Shown one piece after another: positions 13,369 to 26,718 of a DNA stretch of 64,000 bases. The notes below the pieces were generated by a model. That model did not search any database, was not told where the DNA came from, and worked only from the letters and a program-made list of their open reading frames with translations. A program made the position numbers and the translations under genes. Each line of letters opens with the position of its first letter. Within the stretch, counting starts at the first letter, position 1. This DNA is from Octopus sinensis (taxonomy: Eukaryota): NCBI RefSeq assembly GCF_006345805.1, contig NC_042997.1, positions 124,434,001 through 124,498,000 on the forward strand, read 5' to 3'.

Positions 13369-14630
13369 GTTTATCGATTCTGTCTCTCAATTTATATTTA
13401 AATGTCTCTCTTTATCATATGTAACAAGTAATGTGCACTTTTGAAAATACTACTTGAAACGATACAGCATTTATATCCCCACAACTCACCCACCTACTTA
13501 CCTCAGTTAGGTAGTTCAACCAGGCGTCATATCTGTTTTATTAGATACGTATAATATTCATGTTTACATAATATATAGACGAGAATATTTAAATATATTC
13601 TTATCTATTGTGAAATGTTGCAGAAAAATGGTAATGCTTGTCCCTACGACTTATAATAATAGTAAGACTAATAGATATTTCGAAAACTGTTCTGCTGCCA
13701 AAGAGAGTTTAAGATGAGTGGCTTTACACCATGGCTTCATCTATAAAAAATAAATTAAATAACTAATATTTACTTCATATTAATATAATTTTTTTTTTTC
13801 GCTGCTGTTCAACTAATAAACATTGAATCCTTCAAAGTGTCAGAACCAATTGAATGCTCTTCATTGATTTTCATTTGTGCTAATGTTTGGTTTGATTTTT
13901 GATTTCTTTTAGAGATGGTTAGACGAGATTTGAATGAAAAATTGATAGTCTGACAACAGAATTTAAATGAAAGACTTTTTATTTTTTATGAAATCGCAAA
14001 TATCGGCATCTTTTCACTAATCAAAATAGTTCAACATAATATTGGAGGGAACATGGACGTTTGTGTGGTTCATGATTTTTTTTCCTATTATTTCAGACGA
14101 ACGTATATTGAACTGACATCAAACAAGAATTATAATAATTTTGTTGTCTCGAATTGCTTCTACTTACCTTTTATCCTTCACTGCTTCCTTACTAAAATAG
14201 TTGATATTGTGTCATTACTGCGACGTACATCTACACGTTTTAAATGTGAGGCGTATACTCGACAGACACGACTTGCTATTTAAATGATAGTTACTTGGTT
14301 AATTCGATGAAATAAAAAAAATGAATTCTGAATTCAGATCATAACATTTTCGAACTAAGCACTGCAAATCTATTGATTCGTGCTGCCTTATTTCTATTAG
14401 GGTTACATGAAATAGTTCTGCTTCATAATGAGGGTAATAAAGGAATCTATTATTTTGTTGTATCACTACTAAGTACAAATGTATGTGCAAAGTCATCGAC
14501 ATAGTAACGTAATGCAAGCAGTTCTCCTCAAAATCGAAATTATATCCTCATTGGTTCTCTTCGATAATTTCTAATTCGTTTAGATTCAAATGATGTTACT
14601 TAAATTTTGTTTAGATTCAAATGATGCTAT

Positions 14631-14760
14631 TTAAATTTTGTAGTTTATTTGGAAATTGTTCTTTAAGAGCATGGCAATACCGTGGGAATTGTTGGAATGC
14701 GCAGACAAAGAACCATCAAGAATTATGTTGTGGCTGCTCAGACAGCATTTAGATGACTCA
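14631..14760 (-). mobile_element. Decayed L1/Tx1-like apurinic endonuclease fragment
   Basis: SAHSNNSHGIAMLLKNNFQINYKI resembles the S.....RGVAIL..NNF...I segment of L1-clade endonucleases. Confidence 0.45.
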
Positions 14761-16797
14761 GATTGAAAAGCGCTGATTGGTAGTATCAGCAGACTGTCAC
14801 TTGGGCACTGGTCTAAGCTTGATTGACCTAGATTGAATGGCATTGATGGGGGTATATGTTGTTAGTCCCAAAACATCCATTAACCCACTAGGGTACACAC
14901 TGATGATGTTTCCATATATGTCATCCATAGATGTATGCTGAATTACTACTAAAGTAAAATGGTTCCATATATCGCGGTATAAATGATTTTATCGGTTCCG
15001 AGGCAAGTCAGAGAATGCAAATGTAACCACAATGTTTCGAACTCGGAGCTTTTAATAACATTACACAACCCTGTAATATGTTTCTTTCATATCAGCATTA
15101 CTGTCACAGTTAACTTAACAACGTTTTATTGGAAATTTGTAATGTTTATTTCCCAAGTATTTTGTAAGCCAAAAGAGGAAATTTATATTTGTCTGTGAAA
15201 TATATTGAGTTGTGATGAAAGCTAGGAAAAACAAGGGCAACACATGCTAGCGCTTCAAACTGAGAATATTATGTAGCTGGACATCATTTCCTTTAGTAAT
15301 TGTCGGCGTGTGATTTACCATGAGCACTAAGTAAAACAGTGTTTGCCAGATCCGCTCACTGGAAGAGAGATAAGTATAATGACAAATGTTACATCTCACT
15401 TCAAATTGGAGCGAAAGAAAAGCTATTGAGATTACATGTTCAGTGATAGGGTCAACGATATTGCATCCGTAAAATATCGAAGCGAACGATAAAAACGTCA
15501 AACTCTTCACCCGTGATAGCGTTGTTTAGTCATTTGACAACTGGTGTGTCAAACACAAGTAGACGGCAGATTCACTAGCGTTTATTACTTTGCCTTTGTT
15601 TCGCAATAAATCGATACGAATTGCAATCCCTTATCGAGAAGCGATCGATCTCGGAATACAATTGCTGTATACGGTTAACAAAGGCCGAGCGGAAGGTTTC
15701 AAAACTTTAATGGTGTCTTACATGGAAGAAATTGATCATCGGATTAAGCTAGAAAGACTAAGATTATTTGAAGTTTAATACGTCGGAAGGCATCGAGTTT
15801 GCAATACAAAATGGGTGTTATGACCGCTTCTTTTACCTGACTTCGTGGCTAAATTATTGAATTCTATAGAAAGAACTGATTCAATATCAGATTACATATA
15901 ATAAGGCGTCCATATTTCTAGCCTCACCATCACCACCGGCAGTAATTTCTCTGACAAAATCGAATCGACTTAAATGCATTTTCTCGAGATGTGTCTCTCT
16001 GTCCGTTCCTGGGTCTTGCAGTGGCATCGCAGATTCCAAAGATAATGAGTTCACATCGGTTCATAACTGACAGTTATAAGATGAAACAGAATCTGAAGAT
16101 AATATACGGCAGTTTACGGAGGAAGGACCATAATTTCAATCTATTTTACGATTTTGACGTTTTAGTTATATCAGCACAACCTATCATTCTTTCTTTGGTC
16201 CTATATTAACAACTACATCAAACATTATCGGTTACCGATAAAAGAATTAGCGAATATAAGGGAAAGAATAATGAAAGGCAAAATCTTGGATTTCATAGAT
16301 ATATACAATCTTTTATTTCTTTACTGGTTTTAGCCTTTCACTTGTGACTACGGCGGTTCACATTGTATGTATGTAAGTGTGTGTATGGTGTACGTATCTA
16401 TGTATTATGTGTGTATCATGTATATATTTATGTACGTATATAGTGGATATTGGTAGACGTGAGTAGTTCAAAATAGTACTCAAAGCCAACGGGTTAGAGT
16501 TGTTTATGGTTATGACGGCTGGCACTTCTGACGTAACTAATGTGTCTGAGTGAGTGTGTATGTGCGTGTGTGCGAGCGCACGTTCGTGTATACAAGTATC
16601 ATCTCTCTCTCTCTCTCTTCTCTCTCTCTATCTCTATCTCTCTGAACTTGTATACACATTGATACATACATACATGCATACATAAAAGGTAAAGACCGCC
16701 TTCGGTGATGAATGACCATGGGGTTGCACCTTGAAAGTTACTCTCCGAGGCACAAGTCTGGGCAAGGTTGTTTCATGGAATACCAGCAGGCCCCCAT

Positions 16798-16889
<92 letters not shown>

Positions 16890-16943
16890 TTATATATATG
16901 TGTGTGTGTGTGTGTGTTTGCGTGGCTAGAAAGGGCCGGTAGA

Positions 16944-17295
16944 AAGTGGCGAGCTGGCAGAAACGTTAGTACGCTGGGCGAAATACTCAGCGTTATTTTG
17001 TCTACCATTACGCTCTGAGTTCAAATTCCGCCGAGGTCGACTTTGCCTTTCATCCATTCAGGGTCGATAAATTAAGTACCAGTTACGCATTGGGGACGCT
17101 GTAATCGATTTCATTCCTCTGTCCCTCCTTATTTGTCCCCTCTGTTTAGCCTCTTGTGGGCAATAAAGAAATAAGAAATGACCGATAGAATAAGTACAGG
17201 CTTTAAAATAATAAGTACTGGGGTCGATTCGTTGAGCTAAAACTATGCAAGGCTATACCCCAGCATGGCCATATTCTAGTGACTGAAACAGTTAA
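16944..17295 (+). mobile_element. SINE family A followed by a family-B-type 3' module
   Basis: Family A body, then accgatagaataagtac...ggggtcgatt...cagcatggcc...gactgaaac. Confidence 0.8.
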
Positions 17296-17352
17296 AGGAT
17301 ATTTATAAACACGCGTGAGGGTGAGGAATGGGGAGAAAGTGAGAGAGAGTGC

Positions 17353-17385
<33 letters not shown>

Positions 17386-17451
17386 CGCTTCTGTATCTGA
17401 AAGAAGTATCAATGGAAAAGAGAAAGAAAGGAAGAAGGAAGAGAGAAAGAT

Positions 17452-17635
17452 CGCCAGCAACTACACATTCTTTATTTTCTCTCCTTGTTTCTTTCTGTTC
17501 CTTTCTGCGGAAGAGCGTAGGCTTGAAACGTTAAAGACTTTTTCAACCCCCCGAGCGTTATACTAATACATCTGTTTGTTGTCTATACCAACTGTCTTCA
17601 TCTTTTGTTTTTTTTTTGTAAATTTTCCCCCCTAT
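17452..17635 (+). mobile_element. Solo Penelope terminal module with hammerhead-like motif (17501-17536)
   Basis: ctttctgcggaagagcgtaggcttgaaacgttaaag plus shared downstream sequence; ends at (TA)n. Confidence 0.75.
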
Positions 17636-17759
17636 ATATATATATACACACATATAAAAGTGCTTACTTGTGTGTGTGTGTGTTTGTGCCTGATGTGTTT
17701 GTGTGTGTGTGTCTGTGTCTGACCTACACGTGATATCAGTTCAATTTGACTCCACAGGT

Positions 17760-18000
17760 CGGTTTAGTTCCTGTATTGGATGAATTCTAGCAGAACGGTT
17801 TCTTTACTCTCCGCACATCTCCGACAGCTCAGGCTGAGGTTACTTCCATGTTTGTAGAGTTTATCTCAAATTGATAACCCCTCTTGGAAGTGGGGGTTAT
17901 CAATGCCATGGAGGCAGTAGGGGTTATCAATGCTTCTGGAGATCATCCAATGGTGCAGGCCCCAAAGTCCTCCGCAATGAATAATTGATACTGATGTTGC
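17760..18000 (-). mobile_element. Decayed L1/Tx1 ORF2 C-terminal zinc-knuckle region
   Basis: LRRTLGPAPLDDLQK...EGLSI*DKLYKHGSNLSLSCRRCAESKETVLLEFIQY, a degenerate LP.RD.L...CxxC....ET..H....C motif. Confidence 0.6.
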
Positions 18001-20153
18001 TATTCCAGCAGGTATAGTTTGTACGCTGTCAATGTTCTTGAAGTTGTTTTATTCGAGGTGTGGGATGCACTGCGCTGCCGTGCTTTTTACCTTCTGTTAT
18101 GTACTGAAGGCTTTCATGTGGTTGGTATCACCACTTATATAACACGATTGTCTTTTGCCACACCCACCATCACGTGGAGTTCTGCCTTATTTGGCAGAGG
18201 AATTGAATACAGGATTTTTTTCAAGTATTCTAATTTAACTGAAATAGTATTACCAGTCCTATTTCGGGTAATTCCTCAGTCTCCGGTTTTTACACCAAAA
18301 ACAATACCGGATTTACAGCTACGGTGGAATATCAAATATTTTCACACTAATTACATGTATTCTTTAGTAAGAACACAAATGTGGGATCTAGTTGGCTTGG
18401 TTTTCAGCTTCATTTTCTGTTCGAATTGATTTCACATTCAGTGTAATGATACACTTTTACAGGTTAATGAATGACGTGAAAATCATTTTCGCCACAAATC
18501 AATAAATTAATAGTTAGTAGCAATTAAAGTTTAAAAGCTTTGGATAATTCTAGCCAATCGTAAGACATTCGTGACTGTTTCCATAGTAACAAGCCAAACA
18601 TGAGAACTGTTTTGTCAGTGAGAAAGCACGTGTGGTGACAAATATATTCGGCGCGATGCCACGTGCGTTGACGTTGTGTTCTCTTGCTTGTATCCTGGTC
18701 GTGAGATATGCTAAAACAGCTAAATAGGTCTTAAATCACGCACCCGCCCATTTAAAACAATGTTTGTACAATCGTATGGACTCCTGTATGTAGAGTACAA
18801 ATTCACAAAAATTTTCTGACTACTTCAGACTTTTAAAAAGTTATGATTGTTTATATATCGTTCGTTAAGCAGAATATTATTTGTTTACAGTTTCATGTAA
18901 AAGCACGTGCTATTTTCAGAATGTTGACAACACGTGCAGTCACGCATAAAATTACAACTTCTAAATCTTGTTTCCTGACTGGGTGAAAACGATCAAATTT
19001 TTGAATCATTTTTCTTGAAAACGTGAAGTAACTCCAGCAATTCAGCTTGGAAAACTATATTAATGTGCCAAATTTTTTAATGTTAGTGCTGGCAGCCAAA
19101 CCAACTTATATCTAATCCCCACAGAGTAAAACAGAATGTTTTGCTTCTAGGGCTTCGTTTATAAATTGCACAAGGGCCTAATATTTCAATCTACAGCAAT
19201 TCCTGTAAATCTGCCCATATTTCTCGCAAGCGCTTTTTCACCTAAACGTGTGTAGCTATTTTCCCGTGTCGGTTTCTCAGTAAGATTCTCCTGTAAAATA
19301 TTGTCGTAGTTGTTGTTCCTGTCTCGTATATCTCGTAGTTGTTCCTGTACAAATTTAGCTGCTATGTACAGATTTTTACAAGATGTTCTGCTTTGATCTA
19401 AATGTGTGTCCAAAGGGGCAGAGATCAGTCTGATAATAGTTGCTGCTTTCCTGAGGATTTCCCCCCTCTGGTGTTGATATAGGAGATCACATACTCAGTC
19501 GTTAGAGGATAGCGATAACCGTTAGAGATAACAGATATATTAGCAACGATGGGAGTGCTTACTTTGTTGCTGTATATTGATTCGCTGTTTCTGTTATTGT
19601 TCTTGTTGTTGCTGTGGTTAGTAATTACTGTGGCAGAGTGAAGGTGGTAGCGGCAGCGAAGTTTGTGCTTTTATTGTCATGCTTTATTTTTGTTACTGTT
19701 GCCGCGGAGGCGGCGATGTTTTTTTGCTGATGGTAGCATTTAGGAGTAGGATATTGTTGTTGTAGCTGTACTGCTTTTCCCGTTCGTAGTGTTTTCTTTT
19801 TCTTTTCCACTTTGTAAACTGAGGAGGAATAATACTTCTTTCATTGATTGACTAGGTGGTCCACACTCAATTCCACTATATCGGCCACTGCCCTATTATT
19901 GTGGTTGGTTATAAAGAAGATCGCTATCTTAAACATTTGTGGTTTTTGAAAACCAAAATTTCAAAATGTTTTTTCTCAAAATTTTGCCATGAATATGCAA
20001 GAAAGAACTCACCAGCCCATTGGGCGCCTGATCAGTTTAACAAAGGGCGAACAACAAATATGAATAATGAAAATGTGTCTGTATATACAAATAAATATCG
20101 TTTATGAAGACACCCGAATGCTGCTGCTACAACCATAAATGATGAGAACAATG

Positions 20154-20202
<49 letters not shown>

Positions 20203-20388
20203 TAATATTTGTAAATAGAGAATTTGTGGTGTTTATTTTAGTGTCCTACCAATGTATACCGTGCGTTTCACAGCTCTAGGTGTCAGGAAGACACTCGGCG
20301 AGAAATGGAAACAGAATTGGAAGAAGATGACAATGAAAATAATAATAATAATAATAATAATAATGATAATAATAATAATAATAATAAA

Positions 20389-20943
20389 TGCCCTGATGCA
20401 GTACCAGGCAGTGGTTCTCATGGCTTCTGATCTTAACTGATTGGAAGTGTTATCATGTACATTGTTTTGTTTTGGTATAAAAGATGGGTTGCAGCAAATA
20501 TTCTGCTCAATACCACAGATTTGCTTGTCAGTTGTTTGACCTTAACCAGTTGAGCATGTCCCTTAGTGGCTGACGATATGTGCATCTCTGATCACGAGCA
20601 GAAGTACTGGGGGAGCATCATAGCCATGTGTTGAGAGGGATTCTTTGGTGTTTGAATAATTCACCTCTGGAAACATGGGTGGTTCTTTCAACATCCTTAA
20701 ACAACCCTTGTCCAGGGACCTTTTGAGCGGGATGGGCTACTCAACCTGAAGAAAATTCTAACTGGGCCCCACTTGCAAGGTCATGTGCTGTTTATCTTGA
20801 TATGAGACCACCATGTCGCGCACATATGGTTGTGATGCATGTGCATGGTGTACCCTTATCAGACGAGTAGTCATGATGGGTATATTGGGCTTCGTATATT
20901 TTACCCCAGTGTCACTTTGATGGCATGAACTGCTTTCTCACTC

Positions 20944-20944
<1 letters not shown>
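20389..20944. mobile_element. Unclassified interspersed repeat flanked by (AAT)n
   Basis: Higher-GC ~555-bp block bounded on both sides by AAT tracts, with no ORF. Confidence 0.5.
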
Positions 20945-20981
<37 letters not shown>

Positions 20982-22074
20982 TAGCAATAATAATAACAAT
21001 AGCAATAATAATAATAATGAAATAATAATGATAATAATAATAATAATAATAATAATCCTTTCTATTAAACGCGCATGACCTGGCATCGACGCCAGTATTT
21101 CACTTAACTTATTGACACTGATAGGAAAAGTTGAAATCGGCGGAATTTGAACTCAGAATGTAACGCCCAAGGTGCCACGCAGTGGGACTGAACCCAGAAC
21201 CATGTGGTTGGTAAGCAAGCTACTTACCATACAGCCACTCCTACACCTAAGTGATTTTACCTCAAATATATGATGTTTTTGTTATTGTTACTAACCAAAC
21301 TACTTTGGAGCTCTTTGAACAAGCAAGCTGCTTGCTCCTACTGCGCAAGCTTATTTGATTTAACCACTTTCTGGTAATTTTCTATCTCTACAGAGCTTTA
21401 TTCATCAATTTCACTCATGCTGTGTCTGTTAATCCACTTTAATCCACGCTTTCCTTATAAGCAGCTTCCACCCCTCGTCCTTAATGAATGCCGATCTAAT
21501 TGGAGTCATAAATAGGAGAGGGTCTGCAAAGCTCAAGGTTACATCCTCCAACACTAACACGCTCATAATCACACATAACCAAGCATCTCAAAGAACTTGG
21601 AGTAAACTGATGTTACTTATGTTCTACCGCTTTCTTATAAGGGAAAAGTATTGAGATAATGAGGCTTCCATCATCTAATTGATATTGTCTCTTCGTTTCA
21701 TTCCATCATTAAATTGCTCTCTAGTTGATAAGATTTTTTTCCCAGTACAGCTTGACTCCTTGAAACTAATTCTGTTTCTTAAACAATAGATTAGTTGGTC
21801 TTATCCATACATTAGTGCGAAGTGGTGGGAACGTAACCAATACCTTCTCTTAGCCGTAAGAATAACAATATAATAACTTAGAGAGGTTTCTTGTATGGCT
21901 GAAATTCTATAAAGATAGGACTGAGCGAACACTTTCCTATAAGTTTGGGGGCAAACACTGCTGCAGAAATAAAAGGGAAAGGACTTAGAATGTCTACGCA
22001 TGTATCGATCAATAAATATGTAACATTAGTTCAATAGATTTTGTATGTATCAAGAGCTAAAAAGTGTTACTTAC

Positions 22075-22268
22075 CGCGGTGATATCTCGGAGCCTTGCTG
22101 CATGAGTGCGCCAAGTGAGAACCAAAACGTGTTGGATAGATTGAATGTGTTCATTGTTTTTGGTCCTCGACTTGTATCTTCTGAGTGCCATTCATAGGGA
22201 CTGAAACGTCCCACAAAGAACAGCACCAAGCTCACAGCTACATAACCAATGGTTATGCAAATCCAAAC
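22075..22268 (-). CDS. AMPA-type iGluR exon (M1 and M2 pore loop with Q/R site)
   Basis: VWICITIGYVAVSLVLFFVGRFSPYEW...NTFWFSLGALMQQGSEISP(R). Acceptor catgcag, phase-2 donor CG|gtaagt, 194 nt. Confidence 0.97.
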
Positions 22269-22605
22269 CTGCATGGGACGAAAATATATAGTGTAAGAAA
22301 CACACAAATCACTGAAATTAAATGAAATATGGCAATTTTTGATATATTTATACACATAAAATATAAGGATGTAGGGTCATCAGGGTATCTATCGCAAAGC
22401 CTGAAATGACGGAAGGCTTGCCTATTTAAATACATTTCGTTATATTTTCGTGAGTCCCTTTATGAGAGGAATGATGAGATACTTTAACGAAAAAAAACCA
22501 AAACGTGAAAACTAGCTGTGAATACTCGGAAATGAATGCAACGGAAAATATAAACAATTTTAAAAAATAACTGTCAATTAAAGTCAAATAGCATATGTTA
22601 AATAT

Positions 22606-22886
22606 CACTGTGACCGACCAGGCTAGTAGATGTTGCTACACATCGCTGGTCACAATGCGAAACGCATTGTTTTAGCCTTCAAATGACGCCACCCCACTGG
22701 CTAAGAGTGAGAGGAAGTTGTGGCGAAATATTACAGCAGGGATCGCCACCCACCCCCTGATGGAACGTCGTGGAGCTTTAGGTGTTTTCACTCAATAAAC
22801 ATTCACAACGCCCGGTCTTGGAATCGAAACCGCGATCCTACGACCGCGAGTCCGCTGCCCTAACCACTGGGCCATTGCGTCTCCAC
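22606..22886 (-). mobile_element. SINE family C
   Basis: Colinear with 4061-4354; flanked by a ta(t/c)gttaaatat duplication. Confidence 0.88.
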
Positions 22887-22954
22887 GTACGTTAAATATA
22901 GAAAGTCAAAATTAAAACAAAAGATGAAGAAAACGTGAAGAGGGACAGTATGAT

Positions 22955-23289
22955 CTAAAGACTAAAGACTCCGCCGGTTACGACGACGAGGGTCCCAGCT
23001 GATACGATCAACGGAACACCTTGCTCGTGAAATTAACGTGCAAATAGCTGAGCATTCCACAGACACGTGTACCCTTAACGTAGTTCTCGGGGATAATCAG
23101 CGTGACACAGAGAGTGACAAGGCTGACCCTTTGAAATACAAGTACAACTCATTTTTGCCAGCTGAGTGGACTGGAGCAACGTGAAAAATAAAGTGTCTTG
23201 CTCAAGGACACAACGCGTCGCCGGGAATCGAACTCACAACCTTACGATCATGAGCCGAATGCCCTAACCACTAAGCCACGCGCCCCCAC
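22955..23289 (-). mobile_element. tRNA-headed SINE (family D head, long 3' module) with 12-bp TSD
   Basis: TSD ggacagtatgat at 22943-22954 and 23290-23301; A and B boxes; short ctttagt tail repeats. Confidence 0.9.
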
Positions 23290-24249
23290 GGACAGTATGA
23301 TAACTTTGATTAGGCTACAAATCAGCAGTTTTAAGAAGTTTCTTTGTGACATCGAACCTAGAAATTGTTGAATTCCTGTTTAAATAAGAAAAAAATTTAC
23401 TAGTGTTAATTAACAATGGTGCTTTTCTCAGGCGTGTTGTTTTCTGCTAGATGTACTTATTAGCCGCTAGAATTCATAGGAGTATGTATGTCAGTGGCTT
23501 CTTGTGCTTAAAGCTGTAGAGAAATGAAATAAAACTTTCAGCATCTTAAGAAGGTTCCTTTATAATGCTATACTTTGTACCGTTGGAAGAATGAATTAAT
23601 GTTCAGTAAGGCGGTGGAAGAGGAGGAGAGATATCGACTGAACTGATAACGAGTGCAATGTTTCTCAGAATAATCGAACGTTTTTCAGGTTAATATCTGA
23701 CTGTTCTGAAGTTTGACCTTCACCTCTAAGACAATCAATAAAATATATTGGGATCCCTTAAATCGAATAAAATATTATTTCTTTTGAAACAGTATATTAT
23801 ATCTTTTTGATAAAGAAATCATTATTCATTTCATCTTAACGTAAATCATAGAATTATAATTAATTTTAAGATAACTACTAACTAAATCACTTGGGGAAAG
23901 TATGATTACCATACCTTCCCATTCTTCTCGCCTAATATCCGTATGCTTCGTGCTCCTCCAAGAATCAATTATCTATTTGATAATAAGGTGTAAATTGGTT
24001 GAGGTGGATGCTATCTGAATTTCCTATCACACTTTAGACGAGCTTGTCAATGCCAGTTATCTCGACAGCTACTGTCTAAGATTTGAATGTTATTAAGTGA
24101 TTATTGCTTCTTTTAATTGTTCATAATATAAATATTTATCAAGTTAATCCATTAAAAGGTCACAATAATCAAGAGGCACAAAGAGTAACTCAGTCTTTAA
24201 AAGTGCACGAACGAGAAAGAAACAAATCATTCTTGACTTTATCATCGTA

Positions 24250-24642
24250 CTAGCAGTATCGCCCGGCGTTGCTCGGGTGTGTTTCGACCCTTTAGAATTA
24301 GAATTTTTGAAAGTAAAAATTTTGTATTATGTAGCTTGTTATTCTCTTTAAGTGAACATTTTTCTGGTCGAAATACACCGAAAAATGGCGACACAGCAGT
24401 CAAAAAATCGTAAAAAATAGGGATTTTCATAGAAAAAAAGCACCTCTTTGATGTAAATAATTTTTGAGCTTAACATGTTCCGATTTGAATTTTATCTTCT
24501 ACGGAAGGAAGAGCAACCCTTCTTCTATCATACTCTCAATTTTGGTCAACTTGTGCCGCAGGGTCTCGGAGGTGATATTGTTAGTTGAAGGCTACCAAAC
24601 CTGCCACACACAAACAACTTCAGCTTTATATATAGAGAGAGA
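24250..24642 (-). mobile_element. Non-autonomous Helitron
   Basis: Minus strand: A|TC 5' end, subterminal hairpin cccg-agcaacgc-cggg, CTAG|T 3' end. Second copy at 52005-52385. Confidence 0.8.
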
Positions 24643-24703
24643 TATATTTCTAAGGAATATTCAAAAGACTGTTCCCTTCTTAAGTATGACTTCTTGTTAT
24701 ATA

Positions 24704-25267
24704 TTGGGTTATCCGGAAAGTTCGTGCTGATTTTTAAAGGAAAGAAAAAGGTCAACAAATACTTGCCATTACGTTTTTAATCAATCAATTATGAACTATT
24801 TTGTTGCACAATGCGTCTCCATCTTTCCTTTAACTTGAAAATACCTTCTTCCCAGAATTGAGGTGGTTTCATGGCAAAAAATTCATCAAGGTATCTTTTT
24901 ACATCATCCAAGGAATTTAAATTTTTATCTTTAAGACTATTCTGCAGAGACCTGAATAAGTGGAAATCCGAAGGAGCAATATCTGGTGAATATGGAGGCC
25001 AGGGTAACACACCCCAGCCGAGCTACAGCAATTTTTTCTGGTTCCCAAAGCATCAAGTGCCGAAAATGAACTTTCTTATCATCCATTTTAAAGGGATACA
25101 GAATTAACCCAGGCTATAGGAACATAAACCTTTTCCATGAAAAGATAGCTTAAACTGTGCTCTAAATGGAGGTGTAGTCAAATCCTATTTTATGGACTCA
25201 ACCACGTTCTAAAATAAGTCGAAAGGTAAGCTACTATAAATCGACATGAACTTTCCTGACAACCCAA
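24704..25267 (-). mobile_element. Internally deleted mariner (564 bp)
   Basis: TA flanks and 30-bp imperfect TIRs ttgggttatccggaaagttcgtgctgattt / aaatcgacatgaactttcctgacaacccaa. N-terminal MDDKKVHFRHLMLWE is joined out of frame to C-terminal LPWPPYSPDIAPSDFHLFRSLQ. Confidence 0.93.
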
Positions 25268-26110
25268 TAGAAACAAGTGCCCTGAGTTGTATGAAAACGA
25301 AAAAACTGCAGGGAATACCGAAATAAAAGACACACAAAACAATCATGATCGCAGACTATTTGTGGAAGTATGAATGCTTAAGCATAAGTTCTGGGAAAAA
25401 AAAGTAAATCGACATTTAGTCGCAATGAGTCAGTATCATTTCCTGAATTGATAGCGAGGATACTTCTTCGATTGAAAGATATTTAATATAAATTAATTAC
25501 AAGATCTAAGGAAAAGAAAAAGAAAATTGTCGATTTCTCCGAGATTAAATTTCAGCTTATAAATATTCCAATCTGGTTGCGATAAATAATCTAATTGAAT
25601 TTCTAATATCTGCATCATCTCTATTTTGTTAGGATAAAATGCATAATAAATTTCGTTGTCACAATCATTAAAGACTGCCAATAAACAGATATCAAGTGTG
25701 ACTCAATACCACTCAACAATTACCCATTAGATACATACAAATCTTTCATTATTTCCAAGATTTGCACGATAAAAGTATTAGCAAGAACGCAGGACTACTG
25801 GTTTAAATAAATAATTACAATGAGAATGAGGGTTAATCATCCTATGGAATAAAGCAACTTTAGTAATCCCGTAAAGAGAATTTTATTTTGATAAATATAT
25901 TTTTGTAAACCACTTTCGTTGAATGAATTCGATTTATTTAAACATTGTATTAATGTGTATATAATTACCCATGGAGGTCAGTGAAATGTACAGAGTGAAT
26001 ATGTGTGTGTGTGGTGTGTGTGTGTGTGTACACACATATATATATATATATATACGGAGTTGAAATTTACAGGAAAACAAAAAGATACACACACACACAC
26101 ACATACAAAC

Positions 26111-26197
<87 letters not shown>

Positions 26198-26317
26198 CAT
26201 ACATATTTCTCAAATGCACTACTCAACGCCCGATCCACGAATCGTGAACGTTTCTCTCTCCCCCGCTTTCTCATGCTTAGCTCCCTCTCGCTACACAGAT
26301 ACACTCACACGCACACA

Positions 26318-26372
<55 letters not shown>

Positions 26373-26671
26373 CAAGCTATTTTGACCCGTGCTTCGCTCG
26401 AGTTTTGGCGGTGGTGTTGTTTTGTGCGTGTTGTCTCCTTTCCCCTGTCTTCTTTTGTTCGTCTTCTGTGCCTTTCCCATATTCCTCACCATGGCAACCA
26501 ACCGGTAGCCCCGAGTTACTTGCAACCCTCCTCACACCATTGCCCCCCCCCCCATTTTACCCCAGTGTAAACTTTGGCGACAATCCGACCCCATCTACCA
26601 CCCCTTAAACCGTTCCCATCCAAAAATGAGACAAATAACCTAGAAATCAAACAGCTTTTTCGCATTTCAGC

Positions 26672-26680
<9 letters not shown>
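26373..26680 (-). mobile_element. Probable non-autonomous Helitron, different family
   Basis: Similar ends (acaagct...gacccgtgcttcgctcgagt; ...ttcagcttcatatata) but a degenerate CTAG. Confidence 0.4.

Positions 26681-26717
<37 letters not shown>

Positions 26718-26718
<1 letters not shown>

Noticed and set aside
19100-19500. Possible LINE ORF1 relic on the minus strand
   Set aside because: The zinc-knuckle resemblance is too degenerate to support a call.
21412-21420. 9-nt segment (cactcatgc) that could pair with the pre-mRNA next to the Q/R adenosine, like an editing complementary sequence
   Set aside because: Pairing does not extend on either side. It is too short for an ADAR duplex and compatible with chance.
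23200-23289. tRNA-like A and B box sequences here and at other SINE heads
   Set aside because: No complete cloverleaf; they are embedded in SINEs with tails and TSDs.
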